NCBI GenBank assembly: GCA_963704885.1
Contig: CAVPIB010000007.1
Location: forward strand, 211,266-275,265
Direction of reading: 5' to 3'
Length of the DNA: 64,000 nt
Source of the DNA: an uncultured Actinomycetes bacterium
GTDB lineage: Bacteria; Actinomycetota; UBA4738; HRBIN12
A program made the translations under genes and the position numbers. Position 1 is the stretch's first letter; every line of letters begins with the position of its first letter. Positions 31,383 through 41,284 of the stretch are shown here, one piece after another. The notes beneath the pieces were generated by a model that saw only the letters and a list, made by a program, of their open reading frames with translations, ran no database searches and was not told the origin of the DNA.

Positions 31383-32774
31383 ATGGAGGGGCCGGCGCCA
31401 AGCGCGCCCGCTCGGTCGAGTGCCCTCGATCTAGCCTCCGCAACGCCCGCTACGCGGAACCGCTACGTCGACCTGATCCGTGTCGTCTCGATCGGGGTCG
31501 TCGTTCTGGGTCATTGGACGATGGCCGTCCTGGGTTACTCCGACGGCTCGTTTACAGGTAAGAACCTCCTGGAGATCGCACCCGGGTTGCAGATCCTCAC
31601 CTGGATCTTCCAGGTGATGCCGCTCTTCTTCATAGTGGGAGGCTTCTCGAACGCGGCCTCGTGGGTATCGGCATCATCTCGCGGCGAGTCGTACGGTGAC
31701 TGGCTTCGCGCCCGGTCGACCCGGTTGCTCAGGCCTTCGCTCTGGTTCGTTGGCTTCTGGACGTTGTTCCCGGTGGCCGCCGTCGCGTCAGGGCTGCTGT
31801 CGTCAGGCGTCGCCAGGGTCGGAGGGGGCGAGGTGGCTCTCCCGACGTGGTTCCTCGGCGTGTACCTGCTCGCGATCCCCGCGGTGCCCCCGCTGCTGGC
31901 TGCGCACCGCAGGTTCGGGGCTCGCGTCCTGATCCCGCTCGCAGGGGGAGCGCTCCTGGTCGACTCGCTTCGGTTCGGGCTCGACGTGACCGCTCTGGGG
32001 GTGGCGAACTTCGCGTTCGTATGGCTCGCGATGCTCGAGCTCGGGTTCCTGTGGAAGGACGGGGTCCTGCGTCGACCCCCATGGCTCCCGTGGGCCATGG
32101 CCGGGGGCGGGCTCGCTTCGCTCGGGTTGCTGGTCGGTTTCTTCGATTACCCGGTGTCGATGATCGGGCTCACACACGGCATCCGGTCGAACACGCTTCC
32201 ACCGTCTTCGGCCCTGCTCGCGCTCGGCGTGTGGCAGTGCGGCGCGATGTTGCTCTTCGAGCACGCGGCCAACCGATGGCTAGCGAAGACGCGTCCGTGG
32301 GCGGCGGTGATCGTCGCGAACTCCATGGTGATGACCTTCTACCTGTGGAACATGACCGCGGTCGTCCTGGCTGCGGTCATCTTGTTCCCGACGGGGCTGG
32401 CACCGCAGCCGAACCAACTCAGCACGCCATGGTGGTGGCTGCGTCCGGCATGGATCGTCGCCTGCGCGATCTGCCTGGTGCCGTTCCTGCTGGCGTTCCG
32501 GTGGGCTGAGCGACCGGTTGGGGCAAAGGGGCGATATCCCAGTGGTGCCGCGGGTGTGGCGCTCGCCCTGGTGGGAACGGCGGCGGCCGCCGCAGGGTTC
32601 ACGATCCTGACGACCCAGGCCTTCCCGGTACCCGGCGAGGTCGTGTTGATGCCATCGATCGGCGTCGCCTGCGTCGTGCTGGGCGCCGTGCTGCTGAAGG
32701 TGGATCCGATCGCCCCTCTACGCGCGGAGCGACGAGCGAGTCACTCCGGCGGCGCCTCTTCCTCCGTCTCTTGA
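31383..32774 (+). CDS. Acyltransferase 3 family membrane protein (paralog)
   Basis: RNRYVDLIR..VVLGHW, QVMPLFFIVGG, NTLPPS, MTFYLW. Confidence 0.9.
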   Translation: MEGPAPSAPARSSALDLASATPATRNRYVDLIRVVSIGVVVLGHWTMAVLGYSDGSFTGKNLLEIAPGLQILTWIFQVMPLFFIVGGFSNAASWVSASSRGESYGDWLRARSTRLLRPSLWFVGFWTLFPVAAVASGLLSSGVARVGGGEVALPTWFLGVYLLAIPAVPPLLAAHRRFGARVLIPLAGGALLVDSLRFGLDVTALGVANFAFVWLAMLELGFLWKDGVLRRPPWLPWAMAGGGLASLGLLVGFFDYPVSMIGLTHGIRSNTLPPSSALLALGVWQCGAMLLFEHAANRWLAKTRPWAAVIVANSMVMTFYLWNMTAVVLAAVILFPTGLAPQPNQLSTPWWWLRPAWIVACAICLVPFLLAFRWAERPVGAKGRYPSGAAGVALALVGTAAAAAGFTILTTQAFPVPGEVVLMPSIGVACVVLGAVLLKVDPIAPLRAERRASHSGGASSSVS

Positions 32775-33019
32775 TCAGGGGCGCCGGCGAGCTTGGCCTC
32801 TAGGGCCTGGATCTCCTCGACGAGTTGGTCCGCTTCGGCGCCCGCGGGATCGCCTCCGCTCCGCTCTCTGACGATCAGATATCCGAGCTTCTCGGCGAGG
32901 CCGTCCGCCTTCTTGCGGGTCTGCGAGTGCTCGACCTTGCCTTGAACCTGTGCCGTTCCCTTCTTAGCTTCCTCAGCGACCTTGCCGGCCGCTGCCTTCG
33001 CCTTGTCGAGCAGGCCCAT
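32741..33019 (-). CDS. Small coiled-coil hypothetical protein
   Basis: MGLLDKAKAAA start after gaaggga RBS. Confidence 0.7.
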   Translation of the reverse strand: MGLLDKAKAAAGKVAEEAKKGTAQVQGKVEHSQTRKKADGLAEKLGYLIVRERSGGDPAGAEADQLVEEIQALEAKLAGAPDQETEEEAPPE

Positions 33020-33062
33020 AGATCCATCTCCCTTCGGTCGAAACCCTACGTGCTCCGGTCTT

Positions 33063-33596
33063 CTAGAGGTATCGAGCGGTCGACATCGCCAGGACGGCGA
33101 GGAGGAGCAGACCAAGGCTCAGCCGGGCCAACTTCTTGAGACGGTCCTGGATCGCTCCGATCTCGGCGGCAACCTCGGGCGACGGCGGGCCGCCCGACTC
33201 CGCGACCTGACGTCCGAGGCCCAGGAGCCGCATCACGTTCGGGCGGGTGCCGAAGGCGCCGATCGCAAGTGCTGTGATCGAGGCGATCATGCCCACCGTC
33301 ATGGTCGCTCCGAACGACGAGGTGACCCAGTCGACCAAGGTCCCGTTCAGGTGCCAGTCGCGCCAGTAGAGGAACAGGCCGCCCACCACTGAGGTGAGTC
33401 CGAGGGCGATGATCCGGTCGACCAGGCGCCGTTTGCCCAGCAGCTCCGCCATGAAGGGAGCCCCGGCGGGCGCTATGGCGGCCACGCTGGGCTGAACGTA
33501 GACCACTAACAGGAAGACCGATCCGACCCAAAGGACTCCGGCCAGGATGTGCACGATCCTGAACACGACCATGTACGGGGCGATCGCGAGCGTCAC
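33063..33596 (-). CDS. Hypothetical 4-TM membrane protein
   Basis: RIVHILAGVLWVGS, four hydrophobic helices. Confidence 0.8.
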   Translation of the reverse strand: MTLAIAPYMVVFRIVHILAGVLWVGSVFLLVVYVQPSVAAIAPAGAPFMAELLGKRRLVDRIIALGLTSVVGGLFLYWRDWHLNGTLVDWVTSSFGATMTVGMIASITALAIGAFGTRPNVMRLLGLGRQVAESGGPPSPEVAAEIGAIQDRLKKLARLSLGLLLLAVLAMSTARYL

Positions 33597-33652
33597 GTAC
33601 TCACTCCGGCCGGAATCCTTCTCACTTCGGCGCTATCCGTCGATGGCGCGTG

Positions 33653-33937
33653 CTACTTCGCCATGATCTTGCGGACCTCGTCCCCTTCGAAGGCGCGCAT
33701 CGTCTGCGAGCGTACGTTCCCCAGGGACGAGACCTTGGCCAGGAACGCGACGGCGGTCTCGTCGTTGGCGAACTCGGTGATCGCCACCAGATCGCACTGA
33801 CCCATCGTCCAGTAGACCTGGAGCGAGCCCCCCATATCGGCGGCGAGCTTCTGCGCGGCCTCCGCACGATCAACGGACTGGGCGGCGCTCTTGGCCCCCT
33901 CGTCGGTCCAGTTCAGCAGGCTGACGTACTTCGACAT
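33653..33937 (-). CDS. GYD domain protein
   Basis: YVSLLNWTDEG, YWTMGQCDLV, GNVRSQTMRAF. Confidence 0.88.
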   Translation of the reverse strand: MSKYVSLLNWTDEGAKSAAQSVDRAEAAQKLAADMGGSLQVYWTMGQCDLVAITEFANDETAVAFLAKVSSLGNVRSQTMRAFEGDEVRKIMAK

Positions 33938-34008
33938 GCCGACCTCCCTTCCTCGGTCGAACCCATCCTAGGACAGTCGGCGAACGCGTGCCCAGGGGCG
34001 ACCGGCCC

Positions 34009-37000
34009 CTAACCGCCCAGCATCCTGAACGGCTCTGGTGTGTACTCGCCGAGTACGCGGACCCACTCCTGGCTGAGCAGGTCCCGGATCACCGGATCGT
34101 CCTTCGATAGCCAGGACAGGTGTCGCAGGCCATGCTCGATCACCTGGATCACGTCTATCCGCGCGGGCGCGCCGTGCGAGCTTCCACGTGCCAGCTCTGC
34201 ACGCTCGACGTCGTCCTCGGTCCAACCGACCGCGGTCTCCGGCACGACCGCCAGATAGGTGAGCACGACGCGGTCGCCCTCGGTTCGCCACGATGTTGAG
34301 TGAACGGCGATCGGCTCGAGCCCGCGGGACGCGAGCTGCGCCAGAACCACATCGCCCGGCTGCCCGTCCGCGGTGCTCGCCACGCGAAGCGGGTGATCCT
34401 GGCCGGCCGCTCGCAACCAATGGAGCGCGGATCCGCGGAGCAGCACGGGGAAGACCTCGACGATGCCGTCCCCTCGGCCGCGTTGGGCCAGATGCTCGAT
34501 CGTGCGGATGCTGGCCTGAGCGGATGCGGCCTCGGGCGGCATCGTCTCCAGAGCTGTAGCCATACCGGCGATCACCCGGTCCGTCGTTCGTGAACTCCCG
34601 GCCAGGAACGACGCGAACGCTTCCGCGCTGAAGAGCACGACCCTGGTCTCCGGGTCGGCCTCAGCCCGCCAGGGGGGATCTACTCCGGCGAGCGTCTCGA
34701 CGCCGAACACCTCACCCGGCCCGACGCGGGCGATCAACGCCTCGCCTTCCAGCAGCCGAACGAGGCCGGCGTCCACGCTGATGACGACCTGACCGGTATC
34801 GACCGGCCCACCGTCGACCAGGTCTCTCGCGTCGCCCTGGTCGGAGACGGCGGTGAGCACCGCGGCGTCCAGATCGGCGAACCACGCGTCCATCGGCGGC
34901 GCCAGCAGCGAAGCGACCGCGGGACGCGCGATGTAGCTGGCGCGGGTCTCATCGTCGGGAGCGGTTGCGGCGATCGCGCGGGCGATCTCGGCGGCCCGCG
35001 CGCGCGCGGCGGCGGCGGCCGTCATGTGTCCGTGGGTGGAGAGCGCGTCCGCCTGGAGGGCGGACGCGCGCCACTGCAGCATCCGGTCGCCGCGGCGTGC
35101 CGCCGCGGCGACCACCCCCCGGGCCACTTCTTCGACATCCCCGCCTTCGCGGGCATCGGCCAGAGCCCTACCGTAGACAGCCCAGTCGGCCAGACCCAGC
35201 GCGTCGTCCCCGGCTCCCTCGGCCAGGTGCTCGGCCGCCGTCCTGATCGAGTTCGGATCGCCGTGCTCTTCGGCGCCGAGAAGCTCGATCCACGAGTTCC
35301 AAACGACATCGAGCTCGACGCCCCCCGCTTCTCGCAGACCCTCCGCGAAGAGATCGGCGGCCTTCGCGGGGTCGCCATCCATCAACGCGAACCAGCCCTC
35401 CCAGGCGAACGAGCGCGGCCTGTAGAACGATCCGCCGAGTGATGCGGAGATCTCCTCACACGTATCCAGGTCCGCGTGCAGCCGGTCGACGGCTCCCAGC
35501 TCCGCCCACGCATGCATCCGGACGGAGCGCTGGGCCAGGTCCATCCGGGGCGTGCGCATGTCGGCGGCCAGTTCGATCGCGTGGGTTGGGTCGACGGCGG
35601 CCGCCCCCAGATCGCCGAGGACGAGGTGCGCCATCCCTCGGGACATGGCGAACCCCTCGTCGCGTCGGTTGCCCAGCTCGCGACAACCTTCGATGGACTC
35701 GTCGAAGGCGGCCAGGGCCGCGTGCAGCTCCCCGCGGAGCCAGTGGGCCCAAGCCACCATGTAGAGGTTGTGGAACACCATGGGCCGCTGGCCCAGCGTC
35801 CGGAACGCGCGGTCGGCCTCTAGTCCGTCGGCGAGCGAGCGGGAGAACGGCCCGAGGAAGAACCGCGTCTCGCACAACCCGTGCAGCGACATGGCCTCGC
35901 CGAGCGCGTCCCCGTGCTCGCGCGCGACGCGGATCGCCTCCTGATGGTGGGCGAGCGCCTCGTCGAAGTGCGCGCGACCGAACGCGAGCGTCCCCGCCGT
36001 GTAGAGAAGGTGCGCAACCAGATCGTTGGCGCCCGCCGCGCGCGCGTGCTCGAGGGCGTGAGCCAGCACGCCCTCCCCTTCGTCGTAGCGATCCTCCAGC
36101 CACAGCACGTGCGAGAGCGCCGCGAGCGCCCGCGCCTCGTCGGCCGGCAACCCGGCGCGACCGGCTGCATCGCGCGCGGCCTCGTAGTCGGCTTGCGCCT
36201 CCTCGAACCGACCCAGTTGTTCCCGAACCTCGCCCCGGGACAAAAGCAGGCGGGCCAGCACGTCGTCGGCTCCGACCTGCGATGCGAGCGGGACCGCTCG
36301 GTCGTAACGGTCGATCGCCAGCTCTGCGGCGAACGTCTTGCGCGCTCGGTCGCCGGCGCGCATGAGCGCCGCCAGCAGCGGCTCCCGCAGAGACGCTTCA
36401 TCGTCGGTCCGCCCGAGCTCCACGGCCAGGTCGGCAGCGAGCACCAGGTGCTGGGCGGTCGCGTCGGCCAGATCCTCGCCGCCCGCGTGTTCGTTCAGCC
36501 ACTCGGCCACAGCTCGATGCTTGGACATCCGGACGGCTCGCGGGATGCTCGCGTAGGCGACGTCCCGCACCATGACGTGCCAGAAAGCGAGCTCCCTCTC
36601 GTTCGCCATCGTCGAGGGCGTCGAGGGTCGCACCAGCTCCCTGCGGATCAAGTCGTCGATCATCGAACCGACCTGCGTGGCATCTCGATCCGCGAGCGAC
36701 GCGAGTACCCCCGGCCAGAACGTTCGACCGACCACCGCGGCGTCCTGGACGAGCGACTTCACATCCGGTGACAGGGTGTCGAGCCGCGCGGCGACCAACG
36801 CCTGAACGGTCGCCGGCACCGCTGTAGGATCCGCGGCGCTCTCGCCCTCACGAACCGACGCGGCCAGTTGCTCGGCGTAGAGCGGGCTGCCTCCCGCCCG
36901 TTCGAGGACGGCCGCGGTCATCTCGGGAGAGGCATCCGGCAGCACGGTCGAGACGAGCGCGGCGACATCCCGGTCGGCCAGTGGCGGCAGGGACAGGACC

Positions 37001-38313
37001 GTGGAGCGGCGCGCGCGCGCGAACCACGACGGGTGTCGGTCCTCGACCGCGGGTCTGGCCGTCACGATCACCAGGAGCGGGAGCCCCGCGGTCCGATCGG
37101 CGACGTCGGCCAGGAACCCAACGAGAGCATCGTCGGCCCAGTGCAGGTCCTCGATCACCACGACCGCGGGGCCGTCCGCGGCGAGCGACTCCAGGAAGGT
37201 CCGCCATGCGGAGAACGTCTCCGCGCGATCCATGGCCGCCTCCGCGTCCAGACCGACCAGCGTCGCCAACCGCTCCTGGACCCACGGACGCCGGCCGGGC
37301 TCCACGCCGATCAACGCCTCCCGCAACTTGGTCTCCACCGCTTCCGGCGCATCGGTGTCCAAGATCCCTCCGTGCGCCTTCACGATCTGGGCGAGGGCCG
37401 CGAAACTGCCCCCGTCGCCGAACGGGAGGCAGCGACCCTGACGCCAGACGGGGCCCGGCGCAGCCTCGGAAGTGGCACGAGCAAGCTCACGGACCAACCG
37501 CGACTTGCCCATCCCCGCGTCCGCCACGATCGTGACGAAGCTAGTGGACGGATCTTCCGCCGCCCGTCGGTAGAGCTGGCTCAGCAGCCCAAGCTCAAGG
37601 TCCCGTCCGACCAGCGGACCGGCGTCCGAGACGTCCCCGCCAAGGGCGGATGTTCGCTCCCCGATCACCCGCCAGATCGGGACCGGGGCGGCCTTCCCCT
37701 TGACCGCCACGGGTTCCAGTGCCTCAAGCTCGAAGTCGCCGCGCGCGGCCCCGAACGTGGCCTCCCCGACGACGATCCCCATCTCGGGCGCGACACCCTG
37801 CAGCCGCGAGGCGGTGTTCACCGCGTCGCCGGTGACGTAGCCCTCGCCGGCCTCGGGCCGCGCGTCCATGGCCACCAGAACCTCGCCCGTGTTGATGCCG
37901 ATCCGCACGCGCAGGCCGTCGCCGGCCGTCCCGAGCGACCGCAGTATCGCAAGGCCCGCCCGGATCGCACGGTGCGGATCGTCCTCATGAGCGATCGGCG
38001 CGCCGAACACGGCCATCACGGCGTCCCCCACGAACTTCTCGACGGTGCCGCCCAGCCGCTCGATCTCTCGGCGCAGTAGCTCGTGGTAGGGCTTCAGCAG
38101 CGATCGGACATCCTCAGGATCGGCCCCCTCGCTCGATGCGGTGAACCCGACCAGATCGCAGAACAAGATCGTGACGACCTTGCGCTCGTCACCACGCGTC
38201 ACCGGCTCCGTATCGGTCAGCCTCGAGCCGCAGCTGCCGCAGAAGCGGTTCCCGTCAGGGTTGGGTGCGCCGCACGAAGGGCAGCCGTCGGCCGAAGGTG
38301 GTCGATCCGTCAC
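34009..38313 (-). CDS. Zn-ribbon / class III adenylate cyclase / STAND-type ATPase / TPR / cNMP-binding-like / unknown C-terminal domain (alternative start 38388)
   Basis: CPSC..FCGSCG; FCDLVGFT, EKFVGDA, GDAVNTASRL; DAGMGKS, IEDLHWAD; helical repeats; GPGEVFG; HSTSWR domain. Confidence 0.9.
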   Translation of the reverse strand: MTDRPPSADGCPSCGAPNPDGNRFCGSCGSRLTDTEPVTRGDERKVVTILFCDLVGFTASSEGADPEDVRSLLKPYHELLRREIERLGGTVEKFVGDAVMAVFGAPIAHEDDPHRAIRAGLAILRSLGTAGDGLRVRIGINTGEVLVAMDARPEAGEGYVTGDAVNTASRLQGVAPEMGIVVGEATFGAARGDFELEALEPVAVKGKAAPVPIWRVIGERTSALGGDVSDAGPLVGRDLELGLLSQLYRRAAEDPSTSFVTIVADAGMGKSRLVRELARATSEAAPGPVWRQGRCLPFGDGGSFAALAQIVKAHGGILDTDAPEAVETKLREALIGVEPGRRPWVQERLATLVGLDAEAAMDRAETFSAWRTFLESLAADGPAVVVIEDLHWADDALVGFLADVADRTAGLPLLVIVTARPAVEDRHPSWFARARRSTVLSLPPLADRDVAALVSTVLPDASPEMTAAVLERAGGSPLYAEQLAASVREGESAADPTAVPATVQALVAARLDTLSPDVKSLVQDAAVVGRTFWPGVLASLADRDATQVGSMIDDLIRRELVRPSTPSTMANERELAFWHVMVRDVAYASIPRAVRMSKHRAVAEWLNEHAGGEDLADATAQHLVLAADLAVELGRTDDEASLREPLLAALMRAGDRARKTFAAELAIDRYDRAVPLASQVGADDVLARLLLSRGEVREQLGRFEEAQADYEAARDAAGRAGLPADEARALAALSHVLWLEDRYDEGEGVLAHALEHARAAGANDLVAHLLYTAGTLAFGRAHFDEALAHHQEAIRVAREHGDALGEAMSLHGLCETRFFLGPFSRSLADGLEADRAFRTLGQRPMVFHNLYMVAWAHWLRGELHAALAAFDESIEGCRELGNRRDEGFAMSRGMAHLVLGDLGAAAVDPTHAIELAADMRTPRMDLAQRSVRMHAWAELGAVDRLHADLDTCEEISASLGGSFYRPRSFAWEGWFALMDGDPAKAADLFAEGLREAGGVELDVVWNSWIELLGAEEHGDPNSIRTAAEHLAEGAGDDALGLADWAVYGRALADAREGGDVEEVARGVVAAAARRGDRMLQWRASALQADALSTHGHMTAAAAARARAAEIARAIAATAPDDETRASYIARPAVASLLAPPMDAWFADLDAAVLTAVSDQGDARDLVDGGPVDTGQVVISVDAGLVRLLEGEALIARVGPGEVFGVETLAGVDPPWRAEADPETRVVLFSAEAFASFLAGSSRTTDRVIAGMATALETMPPEAASAQASIRTIEHLAQRGRGDGIVEVFPVLLRGSALHWLRAAGQDHPLRVASTADGQPGDVVLAQLASRGLEPIAVHSTSWRTEGDRVVLTYLAVVPETAVGWTEDDVERAELARGSSHGAPARIDVIQVIEHGLRHLSWLSKDDPVIRDLLSQEWVRVLGEYTPEPFRMLGG

Positions 38314-38371
38314 GTTCGGGAGCCTAGCGACCGGGGGAGTGGAGCGTGAAGGACTCAGCTCTGGTCGGGGA

Positions 38372-38950
38372 TCACTCCACCGTGGCAAGGGCCTCGATCT
38401 GGGCGACCGTGCGGTCGAGCTCGTCGACCAGGCGGGATCCGAAACCGTCGAGCGAGCGATAGATGCCGACGAGCGTTCGGTAGTACCAGAGGGTCCCGTC
38501 CCTCCCGCCGGTGGATCGTTCGAACATCCCGACGCCTCCCGTGCGCAGATCCATCAGGATCGACCGCGCGTTGTGGACCTTGTCCGCCACCGAGACAAGG
38601 AGCGCGTCAGGTGGCGCGCTCGGCAGGTGCGCCAGGTAGGACTCCTTGCGCTGTCGCCATGGCGGCTTCGGCTCCTCCATCGTGTCGGTGCACGCCTCCA
38701 CGATCTCGGCGACTTCTTGCCCGAATCGAACGCGGATGTCCTCGAGCCGCGGAAGTCCACCCTGGTCCTCTACGGCGTCGTGCAGGAGCGCGGCGATGGC
38801 TTGGGTTTGGGTTCCACCCTCTTCGATCACCAGCGACGCGACGCCCAGAAGGTGCGAGACGTAGGGGACCTCGCTCGCCTTCCGCGGCTGTGCTCGGTGG
38901 ATGTCGGATGCGTAGATCAGCGCATCGTCGAAGTCCGATCCGAGCTTCAC
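38372..38950 (-). CDS. HD domain protein, RelA/SpoT hydrolase-like (Mesh1/SAH)
   Basis: H..QPRK..PYVSH, AALLHDAVED, ADKVHN. Confidence 0.88.
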   Translation of the reverse strand: MKLGSDFDDALIYASDIHRAQPRKASEVPYVSHLLGVASLVIEEGGTQTQAIAALLHDAVEDQGGLPRLEDIRVRFGQEVAEIVEACTDTMEEPKPPWRQRKESYLAHLPSAPPDALLVSVADKVHNARSILMDLRTGGVGMFERSTGGRDGTLWYYRTLVGIYRSLDGFGSRLVDELDRTVAQIEALATVE

Positions 38951-38972
38951 GACCGCAGACTATCCTTTGGCC

Positions 38973-40115
38973 ATGTCGACGTCCGTGCTCGTCCTCGGTG
39001 CCGGTTTCGGCGGACTCGAGCTGTCCACCCGGCTCTCGGAAGGGCTCGGCGACGAGGTCGAGATCACGTTGATCGATCGTGCGGACGCGTTCGTGTTCGG
39101 CTTCTCGAAGTTGGACCTGATGTTCGGCCGACGGATGCCAGAAGCCGTCCGCCTGAGCTACAGCGACATCACGACGCCCCAGGTCAGGTTCCGACAGGAG
39201 ACCATCAGCTCGATCGACGCCGATGCACGGCGCGTGGTGACAGATCTCGACACCTACGAGGCCGACATCCTGGTGGTGGCTCTCGGCGCCGACTACGACC
39301 TCGCGGCCACGCCCGGGCTGGCAGAGGCAGGCAACGAGTTCTACTCGGTACCTGGCGCCGAGATCCTGCGCGGTGTGCTCCCGTCGTTCCGTGAGGGCAC
39401 GGCGATCGTGGGCGTGTGCGGAGCCCCGTTCAAATGCCCCCCGGCGCCCAGCGAGGCGGCGCTCCTCCTGGACGAGTTCCTGCGGGAGCGCGGCATCCGC
39501 GACGCTGTCCGGATCCAGGTCGTGATCCCTTTCGGCTCGCCGATCCCGCCGTCGCGCGCCACCTCGGAGGCGATCGTGGCTGTGTTCGCAGAACGAGATA
39601 TCGAGTTCGTGCCCGATCGTCTGGTCGTTGCGCTCGACCCGAACACGAAGGAAGCCGTGCTGGACGACGGCAGACGCCTGCCTTACGACCTGTTCCTCGG
39701 CATCCCGGTGCACCGAGCGCCGGGGGTGGTCGTGGACTCGGGTCTCACGGAGAACGGCTGGATCCCCGTGGACCCGTCCACGCTCGCCACACGGTTCCCG
39801 GACGTCTACGCCGTGGGTGACGTCACCAGCGTCGGCACCCCCAAGGCCGGGGTGTTCGCCGAAGGCGCGGCGCGAGTCGTGGCCGACCGACTGATCGCTC
39901 GGATCCGCGGGGCCGGCGAGGCTCCCGGCTACGACGGCACGGGCTCCTGCTATGTCGAGTTCGGAGGCAAAGAGGTCGCGCGCGTCGACGTCGACTTCTT
40001 CTCCACGCCGGGACACCCGACCGGAACGTTCGTGGCGCCGTCTGCGGAGATGACCGCCGAGAAGGCCGAGTTCGGATCCAGCCGGCTCGCTCGCTGGTTC
40101 GGCGGCCGGCGCTGA
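38973..40115 (+). CDS. FAD-dependent oxidoreductase, sulfide:quinone reductase-like
   Basis: GAGFGG, KCPPAPSE, YAVGD, PKAGVFA, C-terminal CY. Confidence 0.88.
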   Translation: MSTSVLVLGAGFGGLELSTRLSEGLGDEVEITLIDRADAFVFGFSKLDLMFGRRMPEAVRLSYSDITTPQVRFRQETISSIDADARRVVTDLDTYEADILVVALGADYDLAATPGLAEAGNEFYSVPGAEILRGVLPSFREGTAIVGVCGAPFKCPPAPSEAALLLDEFLRERGIRDAVRIQVVIPFGSPIPPSRATSEAIVAVFAERDIEFVPDRLVVALDPNTKEAVLDDGRRLPYDLFLGIPVHRAPGVVVDSGLTENGWIPVDPSTLATRFPDVYAVGDVTSVGTPKAGVFAEGAARVVADRLIARIRGAGEAPGYDGTGSCYVEFGGKEVARVDVDFFSTPGHPTGTFVAPSAEMTAEKAEFGSSRLARWFGGRR

Positions 40116-40391
40116 TCACCTCTTGCGGTGGGCTCCGTTCGATGCGAACGCGAAGCCCGCTGGCGAATCGTAGGCGCCGACGAGCTGGGGGAGCTCCACG
40201 CGGATCGATCGTGTGTCCGGTCGCGAAGGCGGGGCGACATCACCGCCGGTCGAACGACCCAGCCGCTCGAGAGCTAAGCGCCGAAGCTCGGACTCGACGT
40301 CGGAGGCCGCCGGGACCACCGTCTCCGCGAGCCGGCGGCGGAGCCCATGGGTGAGGTCATCGAACGGGTTGCCTGCTGTCGATCGAGCCAT
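40116..40391 (-). CDS. Hypothetical protein
   Basis: ATG after aaggagg RBS; no recognisable motif. Confidence 0.35.
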   Translation of the reverse strand: MARSTAGNPFDDLTHGLRRRLAETVVPAASDVESELRRLALERLGRSTGGDVAPPSRPDTRSIRVELPQLVGAYDSPAGFAFASNGAHRKR

Positions 40392-40591
40392 GCGGTCCTC
40401 CTTGCCGTGGATCCCCCCGCTTGGCGACAACTCGTCCACGGTAGCGGGTCGGACTCCGTCGCCATAGAGGCTCTCGGTCATTCTTGGCTACGCCCAACGT
40501 CGCAGATCTTCTAGATCGAAAGCCTCAGCGGGACGCCCCTTCCACCGCGTAGCATCGACTCTCGTCGGACCGACCTGGGAGGGAGCTGAGG

Positions 40592-41281
40592 ATGGGTGAG
40601 GCGAGCCAGGCCGGCGACATGGGCGCTTCGGGCATCGCGGTGCCCCGGGCGGAACCTCGCTGGCCCATGGCGGTCGCCGTGCTCGCCGCCATCCTGCTCC
40701 AGGTCGGCACCCCGCATCGGGGACGCGTTCAGGCTTGGTGGGTCTTCCCGTTGCTGGAGTTCGCGTTGCTGGTGGTCGTCGTCCTGCGCGATCCGGGCCG
40801 CATCGACCGGCGCAGCCGTGCGGCGCGGCGATCCACGATCGTCCTGGTCACCGTGATGACCATCGGCACCATGGCGGGGGTCATCGTGCTGATCTACGAC
40901 ATCCTCGCGGGTATCAAGGGGATCAACGCTACGGACCTGCTAGGCAGGGGCGCAGCGATCTGGTTCACGAACGTGATCGTCTTCAGCCTTTGGTACTGGG
41001 AGCTGGATCGAGGCGGACCCGCTGAGCGAGCAGCCGACTCGGGGAGGCCGCCGAGCTTCGCGTTCCCCGAGAACGCGATGCCCGAGTTCGCCGAGGAGGG
41101 TTGGCGCCCGAAGTACCCGGACTACCTGTACCTGGCATTCACCAACGCCACGGCGTTCAGTCCTACGGACACCCTTCCGGTGCGAACATGGGCGAAGATG
41201 ACCATGCTCCTGCAATCCGTGGTTTCGCTGATCACCGCGATCCTGGTGATCGCGAGGGCGATCAACGTCCTGCCGGGATAG
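40592..41281 (+). CDS. DUF1345-like membrane protein
   Basis: WYWELDRGGP, DYLYLAFTNATAFSPTD. Confidence 0.8.
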   Translation: MGEASQAGDMGASGIAVPRAEPRWPMAVAVLAAILLQVGTPHRGRVQAWWVFPLLEFALLVVVVLRDPGRIDRRSRAARRSTIVLVTVMTIGTMAGVIVLIYDILAGIKGINATDLLGRGAAIWFTNVIVFSLWYWELDRGGPAERAADSGRPPSFAFPENAMPEFAEEGWRPKYPDYLYLAFTNATAFSPTDTLPVRTWAKMTMLLQSVVSLITAILVIARAINVLPG

Positions 41282-41284
41282 GAC

